Positions 21,731-31,642 of a stretch of 64,000 nucleotides of DNA are shown here, in pieces. The stretch's first letter is position 1. The number at the start of each line of letters is the position of its first letter. Made by a program: the position numbers and the translations under genes. The stretch spans positions 1-64,000 of the forward strand of contig CAWHHI010000003.1 in assembly GCA_963829055.1 (NCBI GenBank), in the 5' to 3' direction. Source of the stretch: an uncultured Gemmatimonadaceae bacterium (lineage in GTDB: Bacteria > Gemmatimonadota > Gemmatimonadetes > Gemmatimonadales > Gemmatimonadaceae). The notes beneath the pieces were generated by a model. That model did not search any database, had not been told where the DNA came from, and worked only from the letters and a program-made list of their open reading frames with translations.

Positions 21731-22923
21731 CGTATCGTCGTCGCGTCCAGCACGTGTGCTCATCGCCGGAGTCTCGACGCGAGCCATGGCCGAATCGGCG
21801 GCGCGAGCGGGGTACGCCGTGACGACGCTCGACGCGTTCGGCGATCTCGACCAGCACGATGGCGTGCACGCGCTCTCGCTGCCGCGGGATTTCGGCGTCG
21901 CGTTCACGAGCGATGCCGCAGCGCGCCTCGCGAGCGAGCTCACCTGCGACGTCGTTGCGTACCTGTCGCCGTTCGAGAATCACGCGCGGGCCATCGCGCG
22001 ACTCGCGGAGGGTCGGGCGCTCTGGGGTAACTCGCCGTCGGTGGTTCGTCGTGTCCGAGACCCGTGGGTGCTCGCCGAATGCGTTGGCGCGTCAGGGCGT
22101 GGTCGTGCCGGATCTGCTTCCCGCGGGTACACGACCATCGCTCGACGACGAGAGCTCCGAGTGGCTCGTCAAGCCGCTCGCGTCAGGCGGCGGCCACGGC
22201 GTACACGCCTGGCACCGCGATGATGTCGTCCCACCGAGCGCATACCTGCAAGGCTTCGTCGAGGGCGCACCGGCATCCATCGTCTTCGTTGCAGCCCGCG
22301 GGCGGTCCGTACCGCTCGGCCTAACGAGGCAGCTCGTAGGCGACGAGGCGTTCGGCGCGACTGGCTTCCGCTACTGCGGGAACATTCTGGCGGCAGCGAA
22401 CGACACGCAGTTCCATCGGGATGCCGAGCTGGTGGCAGCCGCGAGTGCGCTCGCCGGTGCCGTAACGCGGGAGCTCGGTCTCGTCGGCGTCAACGGGATC
22501 GACTTCATCGCGCGTGATGGCGTTCCGGTGCCGATCGAGGTCAACCCACGCTACTCGGCGTCCATGGAGCTCGTCGAGCGGGCGTACGGCGTGTCGATCT
22601 TCGCCGTACACGCCGCAGCCTGCGCGGGCGACGAGCTCCCACTGTTTGACCTCGAGCGAGCGCGACAAGCTCCACGCGCGCTCGGCAAGGCGATCCTGTT
22701 CGCTCGTCACGACGTGACTTGCGGCGACACGCGTCCGTGGCTCGACGACCCCACGGTGCGCGACGTGCCGCATCCGGGCGAGCCCATCCCTTCGGGACGA
22801 CCGGTGTGCACCGTATTCGCCGAAGGCGCCGACTCCACCGAGTGCTATGCGTCACTCGTCAGGCGTGCCGAGGAGGTGTACTCCGTGCTCGACGCGTGGG
22901 CGGCGGCGGGGGCAGCGCAATGA
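21723..22923 (+). CDS. ATP-grasp protein of H4MPT/MFR clusters (Orf1/OrfY-like; frameshift near 22085)
   Basis: STRAMAESAARAG..DAFGDLD, KPLASGGG, FRYCGN, GVNGIDF, EVNPRYSAS, DVPHPG..PVCTV. Confidence 0.8.
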
Positions 22924-24209
22924 CGGCACCGGGCCTCATCGAGAACGTCACCTGCCTCGGCTGCGGCTGCGCGTGCGATGACATCGGCATCACCGTGCGC
23001 GATGGACGGATCACCGAGGCGCGGAATGCCTGCGCGCTCGGCGTGGAGTGGTTCGGCGACGGGCAGGTCCCCGCACGGTCGCGCATCGACGGCCGGGACG
23101 TCAGCCTGGACGAAGCCGTCGGCGAGGCGGCCAGAACGCTCGCCGGCGCTTCGCGGCCGCTCGTGTACCTCGCGCCCGACGTCTCGTGCGAGACGCAGCG
23201 CGAAGGCGCCGCGATCGCGGACATGCTGCGCGCTCGGCTCGACAGCGTGACATCTTCGACCGTCGCGGGGTTCGTTCTGTCGGGACAGGAACGCGGCTAC
23301 GCGTCCGCAACGCTCGGCGAGATCCGCAACCGGGCCGATGTCATCCTCTTCTGGGGCGTGGATCTGGAGCGGCGGTATCCGCGATTCACTTCGCGTTATG
23401 CGCCGGATCCCATCGGCGTTCACGTTCCGGACGGACGTCGTTCCAGGACGGTCATCTCGGTCGATGTAGGGGCTGCAGTGACTCTCGCCGCTGCCGATCA
23501 TCGCACGACGATCGACCCGGCCGACGAGCTCGCGACGCTGACGGCACTCCAGGCGATCGTACGGTCGCCTGACACTGGCTCGGCCACATTCGCGCGATCG
23601 CCGGGTGCTGCATGGGATACGGCGCGGGACCTCGCGCCAATGCTCCTGTCCGGACGCTACGTCGCGCTGGTGTATGACGCCGAGCCCGACGAGCGCACAG
23701 CTCGATCGCCGCAGCGGTTCGACGCGCTCGGCGCGTTAGGCGCGGCGCTCAATGAGAGAACACGGTGCGCGGCGATCGCGCTTCGAGGCGGCGGCAACCG
23801 GTCCGGTGCCGATTCGGTGCTCACGTCGCAAACCGGGTACCCGATGGCCGTGGACTTCGGGCGGGGCTATCCGCGGTATGGCCCGCATGATGGCTTGGCC
23901 GCGGCTGCCCGCGACGGCATTCGAAGCGACGTTGCCCTGGTAGTCGGTAACGCCGCAGCGCTTCCATCAGCAATCTCGACCGCGTTGTCCCGCGTCCATA
24001 CGGTCACCATCGGTCCGAGGGCCAGTGAGTCGCCGTTAGGCGACCGCGCTATAACGATCGATACAGGTGTGGACGGCATCCACACCGGGGGAACGGCATT
24101 TCGCACCGACGACGTACCACTGCCGCTGCGCGCGGTGATGGCCGGCTTCCCGTCCGCCGTCGACACTGTTCGCTCCATCGCGTCGCTCGTACGACGCATG
24201 ACACAATGA
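22920..24209 (+). CDS. fhcB: Formyltransferase/hydrolase complex subunit B (FwdB homolog)
   Basis: VTCLGCGCACDDI, TLGEIRNRADVILFWG, QTGYPMAVDF. Confidence 0.88.
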   Translation: MTAPGLIENVTCLGCGCACDDIGITVRDGRITEARNACALGVEWFGDGQVPARSRIDGRDVSLDEAVGEAARTLAGASRPLVYLAPDVSCETQREGAAIADMLRARLDSVTSSTVAGFVLSGQERGYASATLGEIRNRADVILFWGVDLERRYPRFTSRYAPDPIGVHVPDGRRSRTVISVDVGAAVTLAAADHRTTIDPADELATLTALQAIVRSPDTGSATFARSPGAAWDTARDLAPMLLSGRYVALVYDAEPDERTARSPQRFDALGALGAALNERTRCAAIALRGGGNRSGADSVLTSQTGYPMAVDFGRGYPRYGPHDGLAAAARDGIRSDVALVVGNAAALPSAISTALSRVHTVTIGPRASESPLGDRAITIDTGVDGIHTGGTAFRTDDVPLPLRAVMAGFPSAVDTVRSIASLVRRMTQ

Positions 24210-24216
24210 CACCGCA

Positions 24217-25875
24217 ATGACGCCGCTCCGTATTGCTGGCGGCCGCGTGTACGATCCCGCGAACGGCATCGATGGCGACGTCCGCGACATCTGCATCGAC
24301 GACGGTCGCATCGTCGCCGACGTCCCGTCGTCCGCGCCACGGCTCGACGCACGTGGAATGGTCGTCATGCCGGGCGGCGTGGACATGCACTGCCACGTCG
24401 CAAGCGGTTCCGTGAACGTCGCCCGCCGGCTGCTCCCGGAAGATCACGCGCAGCACCCTGCCCTCGCGCCTGTCCTGGACGACCTCGCGACGATCCCGCG
24501 ATCCGGATCCGCCGGACTCGTCCCGACGACGTTCACGACGGGCTACCGCTACGCCGGTCTCGGGTACACCACGGTGTTCGATGCCGCGGTCGCGCCGCTC
24601 ATGGCGCGGTCCGCTCACGCTCAACTCGACGACACGCCAATCGTCGACGGCGGTTTCTTCGTCCTTCTCGGCAACGACGACTACCTGCTTCGCCAGATCG
24701 ACGCCGGCGAGCGCGAGCGCGCCCGCGAGTACGCCGCGTGGCTGCTCGGCGCGTCCGGTGCGTACGCCATCAAGGCGGTGAATCCGGGTGGCATCGAGCT
24801 GTGGAAGCGCGGGTCGCGGGAGCGAACGGAGCTCGATCAGGCGTTAGGCTCGAGCCGAGTGACACCGCGCGCGATTCTCGAGACGTTGGCTGATTCCGCT
24901 ATCGCACTCGGGCTACCGCACCCGCTGCACATTCACTGCAACAACCTGGGCCTTCCGGGTAACGCATCCACCACGCTCGCCACGATGGCGGCCCTCGAGG
25001 GGCGCCGCGCGCATTTCACGCATCTGCAGTTTCACAGCTACGGCACGTCGGGCGACGGTGCGTGGCGCTCGGCCGCGCGGGAGGTCATCGAGTACGTCAA
25101 CGCGCACCCGAGCCTGAGCGGTGACGTCGGCCAGGTCATGCTCGGCCCCGCTGTGACGCTCACCGCCGACGCGCCTGTGGAGTACCTGCTCCACCGGAGC
25201 AGTGGCCGAAAGTGGGCGAACGTGGACATCGAGCTCGAGACGGGCTGCGGCGTCGTGCCTCACGAGTACAAGGAACGCAACGCCGTCGCGGCGCTCCAGT
25301 GGGCGATCGGCCTCGAGCTGTTCCTGCTGTCGAGTGACCCGTGGCGCGTCGTGCTCTCCACGGACCACCCGAATGGTGGGTCGTTCATGTCGTACCCGGC
25401 GCTGATCCGCCTGCTCATGGATCGCGCGCATCGCGACGAGCAGATCAAGCGCGTCGAGCCGAAGCTGCTGGCCGGCAGCACGCTCGCTGATGGAATCGCG
25501 CGCGAGTACACGCTCGGCGAGATCGCTATCATCACGCGAGCTGGCCCGGCGAAGCTGCTCGGCCTGCGAGACAAGGGGCATCTCGGCGTCGGCGCGGATG
25601 CGGACGTCACCGTCTACATGCCCGACGCGGACACCGAGAAGATGTTCGCGACGCCGCGGTACGTCGTGAAGGGCGGTACACTCGTGGTCGAGGAGGGGCA
25701 GCTTCGCCGCGCACCAGCCGGCCGACGGCTCCACGTGCGGCCGTCATTCGACGCTGCCGTGACGGCCGACATCGAGCACCACTTCAACCAGTATTCGACG
25801 GTGCGGTTCGCCAACTACCCCGTGGGCGATCTTCGCGACGCGTCTGTGCCACTCGCGGCGAGCGGAGCGCGCTGA
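24217..25875 (+). CDS. fhcA: Formyltransferase/hydrolase complex subunit A
   Basis: PGGVDMHCH, HIHCNNLG, THLQFHSYG, STDHPNGG. Confidence 0.93.
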   Translation: MTPLRIAGGRVYDPANGIDGDVRDICIDDGRIVADVPSSAPRLDARGMVVMPGGVDMHCHVASGSVNVARRLLPEDHAQHPALAPVLDDLATIPRSGSAGLVPTTFTTGYRYAGLGYTTVFDAAVAPLMARSAHAQLDDTPIVDGGFFVLLGNDDYLLRQIDAGERERAREYAAWLLGASGAYAIKAVNPGGIELWKRGSRERTELDQALGSSRVTPRAILETLADSAIALGLPHPLHIHCNNLGLPGNASTTLATMAALEGRRAHFTHLQFHSYGTSGDGAWRSAAREVIEYVNAHPSLSGDVGQVMLGPAVTLTADAPVEYLLHRSSGRKWANVDIELETGCGVVPHEYKERNAVAALQWAIGLELFLLSSDPWRVVLSTDHPNGGSFMSYPALIRLLMDRAHRDEQIKRVEPKLLAGSTLADGIAREYTLGEIAIITRAGPAKLLGLRDKGHLGVGADADVTVYMPDADTEKMFATPRYVVKGGTLVVEEGQLRRAPAGRRLHVRPSFDAAVTADIEHHFNQYSTVRFANYPVGDLRDASVPLAASGAR

Positions 25876-25876
25876 C

Positions 25877-26794
25877 ATGTACGTCAACGGTGTGCTCATC
25901 CAGGACACGTTCGCCGAGGCGTTTCCGATGCGCGCGGCGCGTATCGTGATCACGGCGGTGAGCTCACGCTGGGCGCGCGAAGCCGCCCTCAAGCTCACGG
26001 GGTTCGCCACGTCCGTCATCGCGTGCAAGTGTGAAGCGGCGATCGAGCGAGAGCTGGCTCCGAGCGAGACGCCCGACGGCCGGCCGGGATTCAGCACGCT
26101 GCTGTTCGCCATGGACACCGAGAGCCTTGGCAAGCGCCTCGTCGAGCGGATTGGCCAGACGGTGCTGACGTGTCCGACGACGAATTGCTTCGATGGCCTG
26201 CCGGACGCGGAGCGCCGCCTAACGTCGGGCCGAGCGCTGCGCGTATTCGGCGACGGGTTTCAGGGGAGCAAGGTGGTCGGTGGCCAGCGCTTCTGGCGCG
26301 TTCCCGTCATGGATGGCGAGTGCCTGCTCGAGGAAAGCTTCGGCGCCGCGAAGGGCGTTGGCGGCGGGAACTTTCTCATCCTGGGAGCGAACGCGTCGAG
26401 CACGCTGGCCGCCGCTGAGGCGTCGGTGGCGGCGATTGCGAGCATGCCGGGCGTGATCCTTCCCTTTCCCGGCGGCATCGCACGGAGCGGGAGCAAGATC
26501 GGGTCGCGTCAGTACAAGTCGCTCGTGGCCTCCACGAACGATGCCTACTGTCCGACGCTGCGTCCGCTCACGGACTCGGCGTTGCCGGACGACGTGCACA
26601 GCGTGCTCGAGATCGTCCTCGATAGCCTCGACGAAGCATCGATGCGCAGAGCAATGTACGCAGGCATGACGGCCGCATGTGTGCCAGGTGTTCGCGCGAT
26701 CAGCGCGGGGAACTACGGCGGAAAGCTGGGCCCGCACCATTTTGCGCTACGCGAGATCATGAGCGAGAGCGCGAATGTCGGAGTGCAGCCGTGA
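25877..26794 (+). CDS. fhcD: Formylmethanofuran:H4MPT formyltransferase
   Basis: DTFAEAF, GFATSVIAC, TPDGRPG, RIGQTVLTCPT, SAGNYGGKLG. Confidence 0.95.
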   Translation: MYVNGVLIQDTFAEAFPMRAARIVITAVSSRWAREAALKLTGFATSVIACKCEAAIERELAPSETPDGRPGFSTLLFAMDTESLGKRLVERIGQTVLTCPTTNCFDGLPDAERRLTSGRALRVFGDGFQGSKVVGGQRFWRVPVMDGECLLEESFGAAKGVGGGNFLILGANASSTLAAAEASVAAIASMPGVILPFPGGIARSGSKIGSRQYKSLVASTNDAYCPTLRPLTDSALPDDVHSVLEIVLDSLDEASMRRAMYAGMTAACVPGVRAISAGNYGGKLGPHHFALREIMSESANVGVQP

Positions 26795-27612
26795 CCGAGC
26801 ACATCACGCTCACGTTGCGCGCGCCGCTCGAGGAGTCGATTGAAGCAACGTCCGTCGTGCCCGATCGGTTCGCGTCGTTGAGTGAACGCGACATTGCCGC
26901 ATTGCCGGTGTGGTGCGGGCGCAAGCAGCAGGCGCTGGGGGAATTCTTCGCGGTGGACGGCGGCCACTCCACGGACGTGCGTGTCATCGGTGACGTTAGG
27001 CGTGCAGCCGAGTTGGGCGCCGGCATGGCCGGGGGCAGGCTGGTGATCGAGGGTGCCGCTGGCGATCGCCTCGGTCTGGGGATGACCGCGGGTCACATCG
27101 ACGTCCTCGGCGCTGCAGGCCATGACGCGGGTGTCGGCATGAGTGGCGGATCGCTGCACATTCGCGGAGATGTCGGCGACCGCGTCGGGGCCGCATTGCC
27201 GGGAGCCGCCCGCGGTATGACGGGCGGCGAGATCGTGGTCGAGGGTGCCGCAGGCACCGACGCAGGTGCTCGCATGCGGCGCGGGCTGCTGTTCATCGGC
27301 GGTGACAGCGGCGATCGAACGGCGCGCGGCATCATCGCCGGTACGGTGATCGTGATTGGACGCGTAGGCGCCGAGCCCGCTCACGGGAGCAAGCGTGGGA
27401 CGCTCGTGGCGGGCGACGGTATCGAGGTGCCGGTCACGTATCGTTATGCATGCGACTACGAGCCGCCGCATGTGCGGCTCGCGCTCACGTACCTCGGTCG
27501 ACGCTACGGGCTCTCGATCTACGCGCGTCTCGTCGACGGACGATACAGGCGTTACTGCGGTGATGCCGGGACGGTGGCCAAGGGTGAGATCCTCGAGTGG
27601 CTTCCTGAATGA
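26791..27612 (+). CDS. fhcC: Formyltransferase/hydrolase complex subunit C
   Basis: GXGXG beta-helix repeats GAGMAGG, GMTGGEI, MRRG; GKGE-like C-terminus. Confidence 0.92.
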   Translation: MTEHITLTLRAPLEESIEATSVVPDRFASLSERDIAALPVWCGRKQQALGEFFAVDGGHSTDVRVIGDVRRAAELGAGMAGGRLVIEGAAGDRLGLGMTAGHIDVLGAAGHDAGVGMSGGSLHIRGDVGDRVGAALPGAARGMTGGEIVVEGAAGTDAGARMRRGLLFIGGDSGDRTARGIIAGTVIVIGRVGAEPAHGSKRGTLVAGDGIEVPVTYRYACDYEPPHVRLALTYLGRRYGLSIYARLVDGRYRRYCGDAGTVAKGEILEWLPE

Positions 27613-27651
27613 CACGCCGACGGGTGAACGAGCGAACGACCGGAGCGCACG

Positions 27652-28608
27652 ATGACTGACTTCACGCTCAACGTTCGTGCGGCGCTCATCGCCGACCGCA
27701 TGGCTTTTCACGCCGCCGAGTACGGCGTCGCGGTGCATACGCTGAGCTCGGGCGCACGCGTCATCGATGCGGGAGTCGCTGCGCCGGGAGGCCTCGCGGC
27801 TGGCCAGGCGATGGCTCACGCGTGCATGGGTGGCCTCGGGCATACGTCGTTCACGCCGCTATCGATAGGCGAGGACTCGTACCAGGGCGTGCAGGTCTGG
27901 ACCGATCACCCGGCCATCGCCTGCATGGCCTCGCAATACGCCGGCTGGGCCATTCACGTCGGCGAATTTTTCGCGATGGGCTCCGGGCCGCTTCGAGCCA
28001 TCGCTCGCGTGGAGCAGGCGCTGTTCGACAAACTCGCGTACACGGAGAAGACGGATCGCGGCGTGCTCGTGCTGGAGGGGAGGACGCTCCCGACGGACGA
28101 CATCGCCAACTGGGTGAGCGAGCGTGCCGGCATCGCGCCGTCAGCGCTCACGTTCATTGTCGCGCCCACTGCAAGCATCGCGGGCGGCATTCAGATCGCC
28201 GCCCGCATCCTGGAGACCGGGCTGCACAAGATGGATGCGCTGGGCTTCGACGTTAGGCAGGTGACGAGTGCGGTCGGCACCACCCCGGTGCCACCGGTCG
28301 CGAAGAACGACCTCCGCGCCATCGGCCGCACGAACGACTGCATCCTGTACGGCGGTCAGGCGCGATACACCGTTCGTGCCGACGACGCGACGCTCGAGAC
28401 GCTCGCGCACCAGCTTCCGTCGTCGGCGTCCGCTGACTACGGCACGCCGTTCTACGAGATCTTCGAGCGGTACGATCGCGACTTCTACAAGATCGACAAG
28501 CTGCTCTTCAGTCCCGCCGAGGTGTGGCTGACGAGCGCGACGAGCGGGCGCACGTTTCACGCGGGCCGGCTCGAGCCGACGGTGCTGCGCGCGTCGCTGT
28601 TCGGCTGA
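27652..28608 (+). CDS. mch: Methenyl-H4MPT cyclohydrolase
   Basis: ACMASQYAGW, MGSGP, ETGLHK, GRTNDCILYGG, FYKIDKLLFSPA. Confidence 0.95.
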   Translation: MTDFTLNVRAALIADRMAFHAAEYGVAVHTLSSGARVIDAGVAAPGGLAAGQAMAHACMGGLGHTSFTPLSIGEDSYQGVQVWTDHPAIACMASQYAGWAIHVGEFFAMGSGPLRAIARVEQALFDKLAYTEKTDRGVLVLEGRTLPTDDIANWVSERAGIAPSALTFIVAPTASIAGGIQIAARILETGLHKMDALGFDVRQVTSAVGTTPVPPVAKNDLRAIGRTNDCILYGGQARYTVRADDATLETLAHQLPSSASADYGTPFYEIFERYDRDFYKIDKLLFSPAEVWLTSATSGRTFHAGRLEPTVLRASLFG

Positions 28609-29327
28609 TGACCGCTGATCGACTGTCGCCTGGCGAGGTACTGCAGACCGCGCGACTGCTCCTGCGGCCGTGGCGCGATGGCGACCTCGAACCGTTTGCC
28701 GCGCTGAATAGCGATCCGGTTGTGATGGAGCACATGCCGACAATGCTCGACCGCTCGGCCAGCGACGCGTTGGTTGCGCGCATCCGAACGCATTTCGACC
28801 AGCACGGATTCGGGCTCTGGGCGATCGAAGTACCGGGCATTGCGGACTTCGTTGGCTACGTGGGACTCCTGGTGCCGCGCTTCACAGCGGCGTTCACGCC
28901 GTGCGTCGAGGTGGGATGGCGACTTGCGCGCGAGCATTGGGGTCGAGGGTACGCGACGGAGGGCGCGCGTGCGGCGGTGTCGTTCGGGTTTCTGTCGGCT
29001 GGCCTGGACGAGATCGTGTCGTTCACCGTGCCGGCGAACACGCGTTCCGTCGCAGTGATGGAGCGACTCGGTATGACCCACGACCCGTCGGATGACTTCG
29101 ACCACCCGTCGCTGCCTGCAGGTCATAGACTTTCACGTCACGTCCTCTACCGCCTCTCGCGGCCGGCGAGCGCGTTGTCATCCCGAGCGGAGCGTTGTCA
29201 TTCCGAGCGAGCGGCAGCGAGGGATCTCGTGAGGTGCTCGTGGCAGGACGTGGCCCCTGCGTATCGGGACGATCGCCGATTCCTCGACTCGCTGCCGCTC
29301 GGGATGACACTGTCAATGATCGCCTAA
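28608..29327 (+). CDS. RimJ/RimL-type GNAT acetyltransferase with REP-derived C-terminal extension
   Basis: TARLLLRPWR, VEVGWRL..WGRGYATEGA, HVLYRL; the last ~50 codons run through a REP. Confidence 0.88.
   Translation: MTADRLSPGEVLQTARLLLRPWRDGDLEPFAALNSDPVVMEHMPTMLDRSASDALVARIRTHFDQHGFGLWAIEVPGIADFVGYVGLLVPRFTAAFTPCVEVGWRLAREHWGRGYATEGARAAVSFGFLSAGLDEIVSFTVPANTRSVAVMERLGMTHDPSDDFDHPSLPAGHRLSRHVLYRLSRPASALSSRAERCHSERAAARDLVRCSWQDVAPAYRDDRRFLDSLPLGMTLSMIA
29177..29308. repeat. REP element (A/B hybrid, duplicated head) inside the GNAT 3' end
   Basis: GTCATCCCGAGCG at 29177 and GTCATTCCGAGCG at 29197; ends GCTCGGGATGAC. Confidence 0.88.
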
Positions 29328-29328
29328 C

Positions 29329-30216
29329 GTGCGAGTCACCATCCTCAGCGCCCGAACCGGCTGGCACACCGACGAGCTACTCCGCGCCCTGACCGAGCGC
29401 GGCCACTCGGGTGTCGTTGTACCCTACGAAGCTCTCGTCGCGCGTGTGGCGTCTCGCGGCAAACTCGTCTCGCTTCAAGCCGGCCCCGACCAACTTCTCG
29501 ACGCCGACGCCGTCCTCGCCCGCATCATTCCCAACGGCTCGCTCGAGCAGATCATCTACCGCGTCGACGCACTCCACTGGCTGGAGGATCGTGGCCTCCG
29601 CGTGATGAACTCGCCTCGCGCCATCGAGCGTTGCGTCGACAAGTTCTATACATCCGCACTCCTGCACGAAGCAGGACTCGAAACACCGGAGACCGTCGTC
29701 TGCGAGCGTGTCGACGACGCAATGAACGCCGTTCGCGAAATGGGCGACGTCATCGTCAAGCCGCTGTTCGGCTCCATGGGCCATGGCATGGTGCGCGTCA
29801 GCGACCCGGACACCGCGTTTCGTGTGTTCCGCGCGCTCGAGATGACACGCGCCGTGTTCTACGTGCAGCGCGTGATCGAGCATGCCGGATGCGACGTGCG
29901 CGCGTTCGTCGTCGGTGACCGCGTTGTCGCCGCCATCGAGCGACGCGCTCGCGATGGCGGCTGGCGCACCAACGTCTCACTCGGCGGCGAAGCCCGAGCC
30001 GTCGACCTCTCGCCCTCCCAGTGTCGCATGGCGCTCGACGCCGCACGCGCCGTCGGAGCCGACTACGCGGGCGTGGATCTCTTGCCAGCCCTCGATGGCA
30101 CCACCTATGTGCTCGAAGTGAACGGAATCCCCGGCTGGTCTGGCGTGCAGACGACGACGTCGACGGACGTGGCCGGCGAGATCGTCGACCACCTGCTCGC
30201 GAAGATCCGCGAATGA
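29329..30216 (+). CDS. RimK-family glutamate ligase (Orf5)
   Basis: GSLEQIIYRVDALH, KPLFGSMG, WRTNVSLGG, EVNGIPGW. Confidence 0.9.
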   Translation: MRVTILSARTGWHTDELLRALTERGHSGVVVPYEALVARVASRGKLVSLQAGPDQLLDADAVLARIIPNGSLEQIIYRVDALHWLEDRGLRVMNSPRAIERCVDKFYTSALLHEAGLETPETVVCERVDDAMNAVREMGDVIVKPLFGSMGHGMVRVSDPDTAFRVFRALEMTRAVFYVQRVIEHAGCDVRAFVVGDRVVAAIERRARDGGWRTNVSLGGEARAVDLSPSQCRMALDAARAVGADYAGVDLLPALDGTTYVLEVNGIPGWSGVQTTTSTDVAGEIVDHLLAKIRE

Positions 30217-31145
30217 CTGCTCACGAGTTCAACGCACAGGTCGCCGCCGCCGCGCAGCTCGCCTGCCTGCTCGAGGCGAGCGCCGCGAAACCCGGCAACG
30301 TTTCGCCCGGCGTTCACTTCGGCGACACGACGTACGAAGATTTCCTGGCCAGCGCCGCCGCCATCGGACCGCCGTTAGGCGCCGCCGGCACCAACGCGCT
30401 CGGCACCACGATTCGGCGCGCTGTTCAGGCGACGCGCCGCTGGACGAGCGTCAATACGAATCTTGGAATCGTGCTACTGCTGGCGCCGCTCGCGCGCGCG
30501 GCCGGCCGACGGCTCAGCGACCCACATTCAGATGCCCGTACGAAGGGCATGATCGACGCCGCCGACCTCCGCCGAGCGGTTCGCCAGATACTCATTCAGA
30601 CCACGGTTGACGATGCCCGCGAGGCGTACACGGCCATCCGCCTCGCATCGCCCGGCGGGCTGGGCTCCGCGCGCGAGCAGGACGTGGCCAACGAACCGAC
30701 CGTGACGCTCACCGAAGCCATGCGCCTCGCCGCCGACCGCGACGGCATCGCGCGTGAGTACGCGACGGACTTTCAGACTACCTTTGAGATCGCGACGCCA
30801 GCGCTCGCGCGCGCGCGCGAGGCCGGACTCGATTGGAACGACGCCGTCGTGGAGACGTTCTTGACCCTGCTCGCCACGTGCCCAGACACTCACATCGCTC
30901 GGCGAGCCGGCCAGGATGTCGCCGATGACGTCACCCGACAGGCGCGCGCGGTTCTCGATCATGGCGGTGTCCGATCGCCGACCGGGCGCGCAGCCATCTC
31001 GAGCATGAGCGACGCACTACGCGACGGGCGCAACCAGGCCAACCCCGGAACCACCGCTGACATCACGGCCGCCGCAATCTTCGTCGTGCTCGTCGGCGGC
31101 GGCTGGCACTCGAGGAACGGAGGAGTCGATGCAGCATCGCGGTGA
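30213..31145 (+). CDS. CitG-like protein (Orf7)
   Basis: ACLLEASAAKPGNV, NTNLGIVLLLAPL, NPGTTAD. Confidence 0.88.
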   Translation: MTAHEFNAQVAAAAQLACLLEASAAKPGNVSPGVHFGDTTYEDFLASAAAIGPPLGAAGTNALGTTIRRAVQATRRWTSVNTNLGIVLLLAPLARAAGRRLSDPHSDARTKGMIDAADLRRAVRQILIQTTVDDAREAYTAIRLASPGGLGSAREQDVANEPTVTLTEAMRLAADRDGIAREYATDFQTTFEIATPALARAREAGLDWNDAVVETFLTLLATCPDTHIARRAGQDVADDVTRQARAVLDHGGVRSPTGRAAISSMSDALRDGRNQANPGTTADITAAAIFVVLVGGGWHSRNGGVDAASR

Positions 31146-31629
31146 ATTCCGAGTGTCGGTCACGAAGGACTACCTCGTCTTCGCGTCCGCCCACTTCATC
31201 ACGTTCTCGGGACATCGCTGCGAGACGCTGCACGGCCACAACTACCGTGTGGGCGTCGTCGTCGAGGGCGCGCTGGACCCCGAGAGCTGGTACGTGTTCG
31301 ACTTCTCCGTGCTCAAGCGCATCATGCGCAAGCTGTGCGACGACATCGATCACAAGGTGCTGCTGGCGACGACGAACCCGCACCTCCAGATCGCCGAGCA
31401 GGGCGACTCGGTCACGGTCGCGTACGACAACCGTCCGCGCTACGTCTTCCCCAAGCGCGACTGCGCGCTGCTGCCGCTGCCTAACACCACCGTGGAGATG
31501 TTGGCCGAGTACCTGACGGGGTTGCTGCAGGCGGAGCTCGCGAAGGAGGGGGCGAACGGCGTGACCGCCATCGAGATGGAAGTCGAGGAGAACTTCGGTC
31601 AGTCGGCGACGTATCGACTCACGCTATAG
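31129..31629 (+). CDS. 6-pyruvoyl-tetrahydropterin synthase family (T-fold) protein
   Basis: FASAHFI..CETLHGHNY, DHKVLL, NTTVEMLA. Confidence 0.88.
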   Translation: MQHRGEFRVSVTKDYLVFASAHFITFSGHRCETLHGHNYRVGVVVEGALDPESWYVFDFSVLKRIMRKLCDDIDHKVLLATTNPHLQIAEQGDSVTVAYDNRPRYVFPKRDCALLPLPNTTVEMLAEYLTGLLQAELAKEGANGVTAIEMEVEENFGQSATYRLTL

Positions 31630-31642
31630 CAGCTCGGGTCGA

